Origin: Raillietiella orientalis
Taxonomy: Eukaryota
Assembly: GCA_036172245.1 (NCBI GenBank)
Contig: JAYWIR010000008.1
Span: forward strand, 3,038,001 to 3,102,000
Reading direction: 5' to 3'
Length of the DNA stretch: 64,000 bases
Part shown: in pieces, positions 39,811-52,799 of the stretch
Position numbering within the stretch: the first letter of the stretch is position 1
Layout: every line of letters starts with the position of its first letter
Notes under the pieces: model-generated
What the model was told of the DNA's origin: nothing
The model's input: the letters and a program-made list of their open reading frames with translations, nothing else
Database searches by the model: none
Program-made: the position numbers and the translations under genes

Positions 39811-40079
39811 AGGCTGGTAAAGGCTCATCTGCTGAGGAAATGGGATGGGGCCTTCCTTTATCAGTGAGAGAGAGCGAAACCTCGTATGATTTAACTACTC
39901 ATTGAACTCTGCATCACATGCTTCCGGATATCTCGAGGTACGAACCAGGGTGGTATCCTCGCCGAAACAGTTGAAGATTACGCTAGCTAATGGCAAGAGG
40001 AAAATAAAATAAAATAAAATGGAACCCTCGAGATATCCAACAGCAAGAGGAAGAGCAGCCAGCTCTTCCAATGAAAACC

Positions 40080-40700
40080 TGTGGCATTTCGTAGAATACC
40101 GACAAAAACTGAAAAACTGGGGCGAGATTCCAGTCCAAAGGGGAGGCGGTGTGAAGTGTATTTGAAGTGTCTCGAGGAAGGCTCCTATTTTCTTCGTAAA
40201 ATGGGTTGTAGCTGGTCAGTATGGCATAAGCATTACGTATTAAGCATGGCTAAGGGTAGTATTCCTAATATTCGGGGAAAGAGGATCCGCTGATTGTTTA
40301 AATGGTCGCCTGTCTTTGGATTTCCCTCAGCGCATAGAAAAGCAACTTCAAGAAAGGAGAGGCGAGTCCCCATACTTCCAGCCCCTGAAAAGGCTGTACG
40401 GCTGGTGAACTGGGAGGCAAGAAAAAGCAAGGGCTTCAACTTCTGTTTCACAACTCAACTTTCGTGTTTTCCCTCCACGGACGAGGAGGGAACCGAAACT
40501 CAAGACGCTCTTACTATGCGGTGATGCCTTCCGGCCTGAGGCAAGGTGGACGCACTCACCTTACCCTCATGCTGGTCCTCGATCCGGCTAATGAATTCGG
40601 ATGGTCGGCATCTGATTTCCGAGAAGTCTTCGCTTTTATTCGAGGAAAAGGAGATGCAGACCTACCGCCAGTGCCTTTAGCGTCCTTGACTTTCCTAAGG
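40080..40700 (+). mobile_element. Decayed non-LTR retrotransposon reverse transcriptase fragment
   Basis: EKAVRLVNWEA (40387; eKAfD.v.W) is followed by SGLRQGG...LTLMLVLDP (40530; GvRQG..LSP.LF.l.ld) and DADL in the position of YADD. Confidence 0.35.
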
Positions 40701-41499
40701 AAAGGCAGTTCTGAATCAAGGGAGCCACAATCCCTAAAACTGGACCGGGGCATCGAGGTGAAGCGCAGCTGCTTCCCACTCTTGTGATCTCGACAGAATC
40801 TTCCCACTCAACCAAACGCAAGCAGCTTTCACAGACGGACACATCTATCCATGGCCGAAGAGTAAAAAGAGCAGACTGTCCACAAAGGTTGGTTTTCCTG
40901 AGACCACCTTGCTCCACTCGTGCTTGGTGGTGGTGTTTCATCTTCCTTAACTGGTGATAAACTCCTTTTCCTGAAGAATGTCGCTATGAGGAATGCTCTG
41001 AACTAGCATTTCGGTAAATCCGAACGTTCATGGTCACAAGGTCTTTCCTTCGCCTCATTCTTCTAAAACGCTTGGTCTCTTCACCGTTAGTGAAGAGGAC
41101 CCTCAAGGAAGGAGGGGGGGGAAGGATTCAAACCCTGGTTTCCCATAGCAAAGATTTCAAATTTATGGGCATATTTCAAACTCCACGGCATACCATTTGA
41201 AAATTCATGGAATGTGAAAGGCTGGAGACTGGAGATTTCGAGAAGTTTCGATCAACTCACAACTAGCTCATCCCCGCATCTGGATGGGAGTTTTTGAAGC
41301 ATTTCGTTTCTGCGCGACACGGGATCTTGCAAAAGTTTTCGAGCCGATTAAACCACAAGGAATTGGGGGCTAGAAAATTCGAATTTTAGGAAAGTGCAGT
41401 TGTGAGATTCCTCCACCCAATGGAACTCCGAAAGAATTTTGCGTTTTCCTAAACAATCTTTTTTTGTTTTCCTCAATTTCCATTTCTGGGTTTGTACAA

Positions 41500-42420
41500 A
41501 AAACGTAATGGACGAAATGTCCGTCTCACCAGTCCCCCACGTATCAAGAAAGGTGATAGGTTTAATGAATGACAGCTGAATGATGATCAGTATGTTCAAA
41601 GTACATATGTAGCTGCTACCAAAATTGTTTTGCTCATAATAACATGGTATCCCTTTTTTTTCAATGTACAGGGATGTTTCGGGATGCAGATGGTAACCCC
41701 TCTCTTTCAGTGCCAGCATTTGCAGTCAGTAATATTTGACAATATTTGTCAATAACGTTTGTGCATGTACAATGTATATATGTATATACATACATATGTA
41801 TGTAAAGCATATTCCATCACCGATTTTGAGCAGAGGCTTCATTTTCAAACATTTTAGCTAGCATGGGCATAAGTCAAATCTCTCAGAAGATTTGGTGAAT
41901 GCGTCCGAAAGAATAATGACACATACTTGATAGGCAACTGTGTGCACCTTAATGTTCTGAATCAAATGAGAATTGGGGAAAATGACCGTAAGACCTATGT
42001 AACATTTAGGAAGTGAACTGTCGACCTTACAAAAGAAATTCAACCTCGTAAGCATTTTGGTGACTCCAGTTCCTTCCAAAAATTTCATAAATAACCAATA
42101 GATACTCCCATTGAGTTTTTTCACCCGGATATGCCGGGGCATTTATTATTACAATTTTAGCAGGATAAAATTTCATAATAGAGTCTTCAGGTTCATCCTG
42201 GCAGAACATGTGGTTCTGTCTGTCTTGCAACACTTGTCTATACAGGCCTGAAGGCCGTTGAGGTCCCATTCAGTTAATATTTTTCCCCAGTGCTTTTTTT
42301 GTGCTGCAATGTTAACAATTTCCTAAAGCTTTCTTGAAAATAATAATGGTAAGCATTAGTTATAAAGACAATAGCTATAGTTAGTTACAAAGACTTCATA
42401 AGACTACCAAGAGCAAGGTT
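41500..42420 (+). mobile_element. Possible decayed P-element/THAP9-like transposase
   Basis: Ordered fragments: VMDEMSV...VIGL (41505), ATKIVLLII (~41615), SVIFDN (~41725), YLIGNCVHL...ENW (~41925-41975; D.vHllK.iRNNW-like) and IFPSA...NVNNFLKL (~42280-42335; P...rQnV...lkiF-like). Interrupted by a TA/CA microsatellite at ~41770-41805. Confidence 0.25.
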
Positions 42421-43566
42421 AACTTTTACATTTGGATAATTCTCCACCAACTAGAAAAAATTCTTTTGATTACATTTTGATCTTTTCAGCAGTTGTAATT
42501 TGAATTGCCATTTCATGGTAAAAAATTTCATAGTATTGCTTCTTGAATTTTATTTCATAAACCTTCCCTTCATTTTTGTATTTGGAATTACTGGATGAAA
42601 TATGAAAAAAAAATTGTACACTGAGCATGGATGCATTTTCCAGCAAGCTTAATAGTTTCTTTCAACTTTAGAAACTCTTTTGCTTCGATGAGAGTCCATT
42701 TTACTAAAATATACTTTATTTGGAAATCAATGATTGAATACATTAGAGTCAATATATGCAGCAATTTCATTGTTGCTTTCCTTTTTGGTCAAATAAAGCT
42801 TCTTCAAAATTTATTTAAATGTATTTTCTTGGTAAATATACGAAATTCCCATATTTCGTTTCCTTTTTCCTTCCCCCCCCTCCCCCTCCCTTCTTTTGGC
42901 TTCCGTCCTGAATGTAACCCTGATTTGGAAGGGGGAGGGAGGTTTGGATCGGGTTTAATGCATTTGAGCAGTTTGCGCGTTGCGCGCGTAATGTAGGCGG
43001 AGTAGCCGTTAAATGTATTTTATTACTTCTTTCGTAAGTGGCCAGTTTGAAATATCTTGTTTTCAACTACCTGACTGATCGAGCTCCCATCAGTTTTGGG
43101 GTCTTTAAAAACAAGCTAATTACAAATAATGCACGCACAAGTTCGGTTCCAAAATGCGTCTTCCTGGATTGTTTCTTGCTTCCGCCAAGCTTCGAAATTC
43201 GAGCAATCAAAAAGAAAATCAAAAATAAGTTCCCTTCACTTTCAGTTCAACAAAGTCATGTTTTGTTCAGCCAGCCATGTTTTAAAGTTCTTAATTTTTT
43301 TCCTATTAAAGACGTATTTTGTAACTAACGTTCATCACACGAACTATCCATGTTTGTATGTTTGAAAAGGAAGTGATTACATAGCTGTTATTGAAATGAC
43401 TGCTTGCTTGTTGGTAGTGAATGCCTAAAGTTTATTCACCATTGTGTTCTGTACCTGCGGATTATATTTTTGAAGAGTTTGGTTGCTTGTAGCTTTCCGA
43501 GGCTATAGCTGAGTAAATTTAACTAACATTTGGGCAGTTCTTGTATTGTAGGTATATATATGAAAT

Positions 43567-45072
43567 ATGGCGGAAGCATCAAAGGTAAGCAGAAGCATTA
43601 GAAGCAAATTAAGGAATATTCAATAAATCATTTTATTTTATTATACGATTTTTAAGTGAAACAATAATTTTCAGTTCAGTGACTTATCCAGCTATGTTGG
43701 GTTCGCAAACCTTCCCTATCAGGTGCATAGGAAATCGGTGAAAAAAGGATTCGAATTTACCCTAATGGTTGTTGGTGAGAATAAATGATATTTTATACAT
43801 TGTTAGAAATTCATACTTGATTACAATAGGAGAGTCTGGGCTTGGAAAGTCGACACTGATCAATAGTCTTTTTCAGACGGATTTGTATCCTGAAAGAACC
43901 GTTCCTAATGCTCAAGGTAATGCTTCTTACTGTGTGATATAATGTAGTTTGAATTTTTAGAGAAAATGAAGCAGACAGTTAAATTAGATGCCTCAACTGT
44001 AGAGATTGAGGAAAAAGGAGTGAAATTACGTTTGACTGTAGTTGATACTCCAGGTTTTGGAGATGGAATCAATAACATGGACTGGTGACTATGTCTTGTT
44101 TGTATAAGTAAACTGTACTTATACGTGATAGCTTTCAACCTATTTTAAAATATATAAATGATCAATTTGAACATTACTTACGTGATGAGAGTGGCTTAAA
44201 CAGAAAAAACATTGTTGATAACAGGGTACATTGCTGTTTTTATTTTATTTCACCTTATGGTCATGGGTAAGCAGAAGTTTCCTTTTAAAAAGTTAACTGT
44301 ATTGCAATATATGTAAGCCTCCGCCCATTGGATATTGAGTTCATGAAACAGCTTCATAACAAAGTAAACATTGTACCTGTTATTGCTAAAGCGGACACAT
44401 TAATGCCAACTGAAGTAAGCAAGTTGAAAAAAAGGGTAATTAGTACTGCTTGTAATTTCTTGAAATTCATGATTTAACTGCCAGATATTGCAAGAGATTG
44501 CAAACAATGATATCCGGATTTATAACTTGCAGAATTGTGAGAGTGATGAAGATGAAGACTACAAAGAGCAGGTTTGAAAAATGAAGCATTTAAGGAGGTA
44601 ATTTTGCACTTGTGATTAGGTGCGGCAACTGAAAGCAGCAGTTCCATTTGCTGTTTGTGGTGCAAATCAGTTGATTGATTTCAAAGGAAAAAAAGTACGA
44701 GGAAGATCATATCCTTGGGGTGCAGTAGACATAGAAAATCCAGATCATTGTGATTTCATTAAGCTGCGAATGATGCTCATGTGAGATCTGATTTACTCCT
44801 AGTAGTCTGATGCTATTTAGGGTACCAGTACTCATATGCAAGACATGCAAGAAGTGACCCATGATGTTCATTATGAAAGTTATAGGTCTGAACAACTAGC
44901 TAAAGGCACCACAATTAAGAAAACAAGGTAACATATTCACTGTATTAAATTGGACATAACTAGTATTCACAGTGTGGAAGACCAACTTCTTCAAGAAAAG
45001 GAAGCTGAATTGTGCAGAATGCAGGAAATGCTCAATCGCATGCAACAGCAAATGCAGCAAGTAAAAACCTGA
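43567..45072 (+). CDS. SEPT2: Septin, SEPT2 group (Drosophila Sep1-like), 10 exons, ~342 aa
   Basis: Exons 43567-43584, 43675-43774, 43830-43916, 43961-44084, 44132-44266, 44318-44435, 44485-44571, 44620-44780, 44829-44927, 44973-45072 (1029 nt, GT-AG, phases consistent). Motifs: [36 protein letters not shown] (P-loop), DTPGFGD (G3), AKAD (G4), RGRSYPWG, and a C-terminal [16 protein letters not shown] coiled coil. The ORF track misses it because the exons are short. A 39-bp 5'UTR intron candidate with CTAAC lies at 43513-43551. Confidence 0.96.
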
Positions 45073-45077
45073 ATGCA

Positions 45078-45104
45078 ACAATAAAAATGTACTTTTTTTA
45101 TTGT
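45078..45104. terminator. Bidirectional polyadenylation signal region (AATAAA on both strands)
   Basis: AATAAA on + at 45080-45085, just after the septin stop. TTTATT at 45097-45102 is AATAAA on -, just after the PTIP stop. Both lie within an inverted repeat. Confidence 0.65.
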
Positions 45105-45106
45105 GG

Positions 45107-48100
45107 TTAAAGACCAGGAAGGTACACATAGAGATCATGGTCAATTTGCTGACGCATGATTGCCAGCAGAATGAATTCAACAGAGTACACAGCCATGTTT
45201 GCACGAACAGCATCTGATACTAGATGCAAATCCTCTTCACAAGTTATGATTATGTAAACAGGACCGCTTCTGTTGCACTCAAGCATATACTTTAGGGAAT
45301 GTTGTCGAGAAATTACTTGTCCACCAGCACATTCAATTATTTGCTCCAGGCTGTGTCTAGGAGGATGCACTCCTGGTGTAACATAGAATTTTTTTCCCTG
45401 AAACAGTTTTTAAAAAACCATCACTAGGAGCTCTTGCTACCTTAAACAATTCATGCCGTCTAGGTTGAGACATAGTTTCCTTTAAACAGAAGCCAAATTT
45501 ATGTTCAAATTCTGGATCATTCAGAATGTATTTCTCCTCATCCAACCAGGATCCACGTTCAAAACTTTCTACAATCCACTGAGAGGACACAACGTACTGA
45601 CAACATGACAACGCACACAAAAAATTAATGGTACGACACCCTTGACTCATGACCATGTGAGTAGCATCACGAGGGGAGCTAACAAGACAGGCACCAAGCT
45701 GCAAAGCTTTCTGCACAAATCCTTAGATGAATAAAGAAGCTTGAGAAGAATACCTTAATATGATCCATTTTTTTTGCACCAGAAAACAAGATCCTTGGTT
45801 TCCCTTCTAGTGATAATGTTGATGGCTTAGGAATCTGTAGGCTGGACCACTCCATCTGATCTTCAGCGCAGGCAGCTTTCTTATCTACACTTGTTTCCGA
45901 AACAGGTTTTCTTTTCAAAAGCTGTGACCGACTTTGGAACTTGCTGAGCACAGCAGTTGTAATGTGAATGGGCACTTTCCAAGGATCTGTAGCAATGTTC
46001 AAATTTGATTTGAAAATAATAATTCTACAACATACTTAACAAATGAGGAATTATAGAATAGTCCACATGAAAAGGGTCTTCTTGGTCAAACTGCGTATAT
46101 TTGAAGTCATATGGGGCTGTCAAACCAGAGCAGAGACCAAGCAAAATTTCGTTTAACCACCTCACATTTACAGCTGGTTTCTTCCATTCATGACATTTTA
46201 CATATTTGTGGCCCTCAGGCCGGTGACAAATTAACAGTGTATTGTGGCAACTAAAATAGCCAGTGTACTGAGCACCAGCACGAAGTATCATCCAGCGAAG
46301 CTGGCGTCGTTCTTCTCCTTCAAACCCTGTTACTGAAATAATCATGTTTTTGCAAGGTTTGTTTTCCAAAAAAAGGGTGGGAAAATGCAAAGCCAACCAG
46401 GGAGGTTGTAGTTGCTTGCGTAGTAGCACATCACTCAACCAATAGGCTGTCACACAGCGCTTGCCTTCCCTTAATGCTTGTTGCACTAAACTACTTTGTT
46501 GTGTATCACTGAGAACATGAGTCACTCGGCTAGAATAACTAACTTCCACTTCACCCCCATGCTGGTTAATGATTAATTTCCAATCTGCTAACGTTTCTTT
46601 CCCCTCCAGCTCTTCATATTCCACAATGAAGAACACACAGCCCAGTAAACACAAATCAGGTGGTACTGCAAGGAAACATGATATTTCATGGAAAAGCAAT
46701 TACCTCGCACATTGGGATCATGGCCAAAGAACTGAAGTTTCAAAGATCGATTTGGCATGGATGACACTATAGGGACTCCCATTCTGCAGCTGATTTGTTT
46801 GCTAGGGACTGCTTGAGACTGAGGTCCCAGGGCAGATTTCCGAATAACATAATTTGGACCCATCTAAAAGGCAAAAGATAGAATGTAAAACTGAATAAAT
46901 CAATCAACATAACTCAAATTAGATCAAACTACACTATTCGGGAACAGCTACAGCTAGGATAAAGAGGCAAGCAGATTTCCATTAAGTCGACAGGCCCATG
47001 CATGTTAGTAGGTACACACTGCTTTCACCAACCTGGATGGCAGGAGGCACACCTGTGTCAGGAACTGAGTCAACTCTACCACTCAATTTCCCTCCCTCCC
47101 CCTCTTTTGACCCCACATTTAATCCCTGTAATCGTGTGCTCAGCAAATTGGCCAAGGCTGTTTTAGTGTTAGGATGAACCAAATTGGATGATCCTGTTGC
47201 CACCTGCAAGTACTCTCACTGAACACGCAACAGTCCAGTTTACTTATGTGTGTTGCAAATGCTAGTATTACACAAGGCTTACCATGCCAGTTGGCTGCTG
47301 ATTACCTACAGATCTCAACTGTGGTTGCTGTTGTGGTGGCTGCTGCTGAAGCTGCGACTGCTGCTGTAGTGGTGACTGCTGCTGCTGTAGTGGTGCTTGT
47401 GGTGGTGGTGGTTGCTGCTTTATTGGTGCTTGTGATGGTGGTGGTTGCTGCTGTAGTGGTGGTTGCTGTTGTGGCAGTGGTTGCTGCTGTGACTGAAAGT
47501 GATGTTTTTGATGCGGATATGGAAGTGGGGCATGGGGACGTGATGACAGTTCCTGATGTTGATATTTACTTGCAGCCTTTTCTGATATCACATTAGGGTG
47601 TGGAGCAAACTGAGAATCTCTGATATCTGATAATTGTTCATGTGATGGTGGATGTAACTGACGTAATTGTTGATGAGGATTTGGTGGCTGTTGCAGAGAT
47701 ATCCCTGTTGCTGTCTGAGAAGAATATTGCAATTTGGGGGGAATAACTTGGGCACATGGTGTTCGCTGAAGAGAAAGGTCTCCACGCACTGGTAATGGGA
47801 AAGCACGCACTTGTTGGATCCTCTGTATTCCTCCACTGTTTGGGGGCTGCTCTATACTAGAATATGGCTGCTGCCACTGCGTCAAACCAGAGTCTTTGTT
47901 TGTCATTCTCATTTCTTCTTTATTCACCCAATGCTGAACTGTTTTCTGTTTCTGCAATAACAACTGCTGTCTGTGTTGTTCTTCACACTGCTTTAGATGA
48001 TGAATGTATTGCATCCTTTGCTGAGGATCCATCTGCTGCAACTGATGTTGCAGAGCTGCTTGCTGTCTTTGTTGTAAAAGAAGCATCTGTTGCTTATTGA

Positions 48101-51100
48101 GGTCAGTTCCAGCAACAGGCACGTTGGTATTGACACTCTGTTGAAGGGTTACATTTGCATTGATTGAATGCATTAATGAAGGATTTCGTTGCTGCAAAGG
48201 CGTGAGATGTCTTTGCTGTTGCTGCCATGCTGCAGGTCTAACTTCAGCCTTGTTGGGAAGTGACCAAGCATGTTGCAATGAAGACGGATGCTGGTTAACA
48301 ATCCCAGCAATTTTTATGTTGTCTTCTGATGGCAAACAATGATCCGTCACTATGCTGATCTGCTCTTTATGGCTGGTAACATCTTCTGAGGATGGATGGA
48401 TATCCCTGTTAGAATTAGAATTGGAAAGTGAGCATGGAACTGAATCCTGCAAACCAGAGTTTACTGGTTGCTGATTCCAAGGGAAACTCAAACGCAATTG
48501 ATCTAAAGCCTTCTGTTTTGCACTTGACACATCTTCCACTGAAAACATTGAGAATTTAATTAATAAAAAATAACCTGTACACAAAAGACTAGCATACCTA
48601 TGTCTTCAATACTATCCAAAAGAGAAACTGATCGCTGTTCCGACTCTTTAGAAGTGGCTGGGAGTGGAGAAACTAATTTCTGAGGTTCATTTATTGTGCT
48701 CTCATCACTTTTTAAGAATTCTTCATTGGCAATATTCAATGGCTTGGGGAAAAACAGCAATTTGGGATGATACAATTCTTCTTGTTCTCTTATCTTCTCT
48801 CGAATGCTCTGAGAAACCCAATCTGGAGTGACCACTTTTATTTTTCCATCTAAATGCAATGCTTGTAAGTACTTAGTCTGGCAAAAAAAACCTGTGAGCT
48901 CATTAGATTTGGAAATCTCATTCTTACCCCTTCTGGTTTACCAACCACTAAATGAGTGCAGGCAAAATTCAGTTTCAACTGACAGGCACCACCATAATAT
49001 GTTATCATAGCCCATATTGCTTTTGCATCTGCTCTACTAAGTTGAGAAACGCAAGCAGAAACACCAGAAAATAACTGTTCAGATTCTGGAGCAAAACCAG
49101 AAGTACTTGCAAAATTAAGGAATCAGCTTCTAAATGATATAAAATGATGAAAAAAAAGTACCAAAGTAGAGTTTCTTCAATAATTTCAAGTGTCTAATAG
49201 TGGGTCATTTTATATACCTAGCTAAGTACCAAAAGTCCCTACTTCATTGTATAAAGTATGAGTTTAGTTTAAAACTACAAACATCACAAACAATTTGAAA
49301 GACTAAAAAGCATGTTTCATAATCGAAATTTCAATGTACACCTTAAACTAACTTAAAAAAGCCAATTTTTAATCATTAGAAACCTCATAACCAATTATTT
49401 GATGCTACAAATTATACAATTATTATGTATAAAAAAAAAAAGGAAATCTTAATTGCAAATTTCATCAATTGTAATTTCCAACTAGACATACATGATTGAT
49501 TTTCGATACAATATTTCAAATTTGTACCCGATTTCTAATGGAATAAAATATTTCAAAAGACAATGCACTTTATCAGCTTACTCAATATGCAAACACATGC
49601 CTTAATCTCATCATTCAAGGCTTGAATGAAGAAAACCAACATAATAAAACCACATTTTTATCAGTCACAAAAGCATATACTTCATGGTAATTCAGTTTGT
49701 TTCACAATTGCTTAACGCTTGCACTAAACAGATTTTATCATAAAAATAATAGCAAATCATACTATGACCTTTTTTTTGGAAAGAATTAAGCTCTCCAATT
49801 AATGAAATAAGATTCTGGTTAATTAGATGGTTTAATTGCACTTTATATGCTGACTCCAAAACACATGTACTTTTTAAAACATTCAAATATCTGAAGTAAT
49901 TTGCTTCAGATTTTGGTCATATTTATATGTGTGCACCACTCTTCCTTTCCTTTCATTTCACAATACTAGTTACTTTTAAGTGTACTGAGAATCTCTAATG
50001 CAGTCTTGTCAATTTTGTCTTGCCAAATTTAGACAAATATAAAATTGGTGTTTGATTTCTTTAATAACATTCATTGCTTTATATAGAATTACTGAGATGC
50101 AATTTCCTACTAAAGTGCAGTAATTTTGTAATTCCTCGAAAGTTTTTTGAATATCATTGTCATTTGCTGTAAAATGTGCACAGACAAAAAACATTTCATA
50201 CATATTCTTATCTTATTAAATACTGATTTATGCACCTTAATTTCATTTTCTGAAATTTACCACTCTACAATTGCCAATCCAAACTCTCATCATGATTTTT
50301 GCTAGCTAATATTGATGTCATTTGTATGATCCAATCTAACATTTATTTCTATTTCGGATTATACATTATATGCTCTACATTCCACACATGACCCTTCAGC
50401 ACTTTTTGCACTTGAATGGTGTTTCTGATCTATATTCCTATTAGGAATAGAAAATGATGAAAAGTCCTAGATACTTGCATACTGTATTGACCACTTTAAA
50501 TAGTTTTTAACTAGCATGCTTCTATTACATTATTTATTTTGCAAATGAAAATTTATTGATTTGGCTTTTCTAATTTAATTCTTTTTTAACCACCCATGCA
50601 TAATAATGACAAATTAAATGAGAAAACGGAATTCTTTTAATGGACGATGCTTTGATTCTAAAAAATTGAGATAGCTTTCTTAAACATTCCAAATTTTCTA
50701 CTCAGTTTGAAGAAAAATCATATGGCAAATTTTCTACTGTCAAAGCAGTTGATGATGGAAACTTCGAAAATTCTTTTACATTTAAATAAGAATTGTTGGA
50801 CATGTTTTGGATATCATGTTTTTTTTTTTAGAAAGTTCCGCGATGAATGTTAAAGTCCACTAATATTGAGTATTTTTTATCACTGTTCATCAGTTAAAAT
50901 TTGTAATCAATACTACAGGATGTTAATTTTGCAAAAAAGTATGTTAAGTTACTGAATGTCTTTTGCTCACCACAATAGATGTAAATGACATGAATAAATG
51001 AATTGTATATACTTATATAAGAATTACTAATTTACAGCTTCACTACTGTTGCTTTCTTCACAAACATTTTTATGGTCCACATGATCCATAAATTTTTCGG

Positions 51101-52164
51101 CATCAAGAACACTCCTACAGAACTAAGTTTCAAAACAGAATTCATGATAGCTATCTGTAAACCTTAGTGTGATATCACAACCATTATTACAACCTATCAT
51201 TAAAAGAATAACTGTCAAGTTGCATGAGAAAGTTCATAACTTATGAATTACTTTTATAACAATTATATATATATCATCCAAGTTCCTCAAAAACCAACAG
51301 CATACTACCAAGAATGACTTTAAAAAATTCATTTTATGGGTTAAGATCTATTAATTTTTCATTGGTTTTGTTCAAATAATAAGTGCATATGCAATATAAA
51401 CGGGTTGGGTGCAACGTATTTAATTTACATAATTCCATTGGAATTTGCTGAGCAATGACGCATTTGAAATTTATACTTTAGAAAAGGTTAATTTTATTTA
51501 TAGTTATAAAAGTCATCCTTAAATTTTAACAGCATCAAGGGAGACTATTTAGAAATAAGTGCATATTAAATAATGATTCAAATATTCGGCCTGCCTTTAT
51601 GTGATTTCAGATAATCAAAACCATTGAAAAATACTGAGCATGTATACCCACAGCACATGAAATAAACATGACTTTTCTTGGATTATCATCATTAAAATAT
51701 ATATGAATGAAAACCACGAACAAGGATACGGTAATAGTTTTTCACACTTTGAGGAGAGTAAAACCCATTTCTGAGTTACAACGGGTATATCATAAAGATC
51801 CTTGGCTTCTGATACTTCGTTCTCGCTGAAGTTCTCACCAACAATACAGTGGGTCACCAAATCACTCAAATAATTTTTTCTCTTGGAACCACCTTGAAGA
51901 AGTGTAGCTCCAACCTACCAACAAAACAACAACGTAACCATCTAAGTCCACTACAAGTTATTTACAAAATACGTATTACATACTACCCCGTTCACTAGTA
52001 GTTTTATAGCAATATCAATGGTAGCAAAGTGTGCTTTATGGATTAACACAGAACTTATATCTCATTTGGCAATAAAATGCTTACTTATTACCTACCTGTG
52101 GATCTAAAGAGCCAGATACATAGTAATGAACATCGGCAAACAGATAACTAGAAACATTATCCAT
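45107..52164 (-). CDS. PAXIP1: PAX-interacting protein 1 (PTIP), six BRCT domains with a central Q-rich region, 11 exons, ~1240 aa
   Basis: Exons 52164-52096, 51914-51730, 49105-48928, 48877-48598, 48538-47283, 47203-47033, 46863-46704, 46665-46036, 45986-45754, 45710-45441, 45397-45107 (3723 nt, phases consistent). Recognised segments: LFADVHYYVSGSLDPQ, EVSEAKDLYDIPVVTQKWVLLS, IWAMITYYGG...KIKVVTPDWV...YHPKL, a polyQ/P region, FFGHDP...LLGCVFFIVEY, ALREGKRCVTAYWL and FYVTPG...IIECAGG. The donor at 47033 is the least certain boundary. Confidence 0.93.
47315..47495 (-). repeat. Coding CAG/CAA/CCA-rich repeat (poly-Gln/Pro) in PTIP exon 5
   Basis: Repeated tgctgctgtagtggt-like units on + encode QQQPLPQQQPPLQQQPPP...QQQQSPLQQQ on -. 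Confidence 0.85.
49106..51729 (-). other. U12-type (minor spliceosome) GT-AG intron, PTIP intron 2
   Basis: The 5' splice site is GTATCCTTG at 51729-51721. A branch motif TTCCTTAAT at 49122-49114 ends 8 nt before the exon, and there is no long polypyrimidine tract. Splicing restores KLLP-TSGFAPES in frame. Confidence 0.88.
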
Positions 52165-52799
52165 CACAATAAATGAAAGGAATTCATTTCCAAATAATTT
52201 ACTACTTCATTCAAACTTGTGCATAATTGCAGTTCAAACTATTCGCACTTTCCACACGCAAACTATCGAAAATGTACCAAGTACTTTTCAAGTGAATTTC
52301 ATTACTTCCAGTAAGATTTCGAAAGCAATCATGTGTCCTTCTCACTTCATGTCTCTTATGGTTGAAACAAATAATCACAGCATTGGAGATTTTGTTCCGA
52401 AAGGTGAAAAATGATACAAGCGTGAGCTAGAAGAAGGAAACGGTTTCATTTATTTTAATTTCCCTATTTTATCTCCAGAAAGTATAGCAACTGATGCTTC
52501 GTCATGAGAAGCTTTCTTTTGTAATCATACTGCAGTTAAGTTAGCTCAAAATGGAGTTTCTTACTAGTTTATGGCTTCGACTCGCTAACTAAAAAAGTCA
52601 AACTGCAAAAATTCTCACCCTAATAGTATATGAACTCACTCAAATAGAGTATGAATCTATACTATAAATAAGTGAGTCTGCTATCTTTTTAGTTTGGAAA
52701 TAAAAAGTGTGAATTCATTACACACTCTTGATTGCATTCATTTCTCGAAAAGTTTGATACGATTTGATCCCAGAAATCATCACTCTGATTTACTTTTGT

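Noticed and set aside
47246..47596. Val/Ala-rich hydrophobic ORF resembling a membrane protein
   Set aside because: It is the antisense reading of the PTIP poly-Gln/Pro exon.
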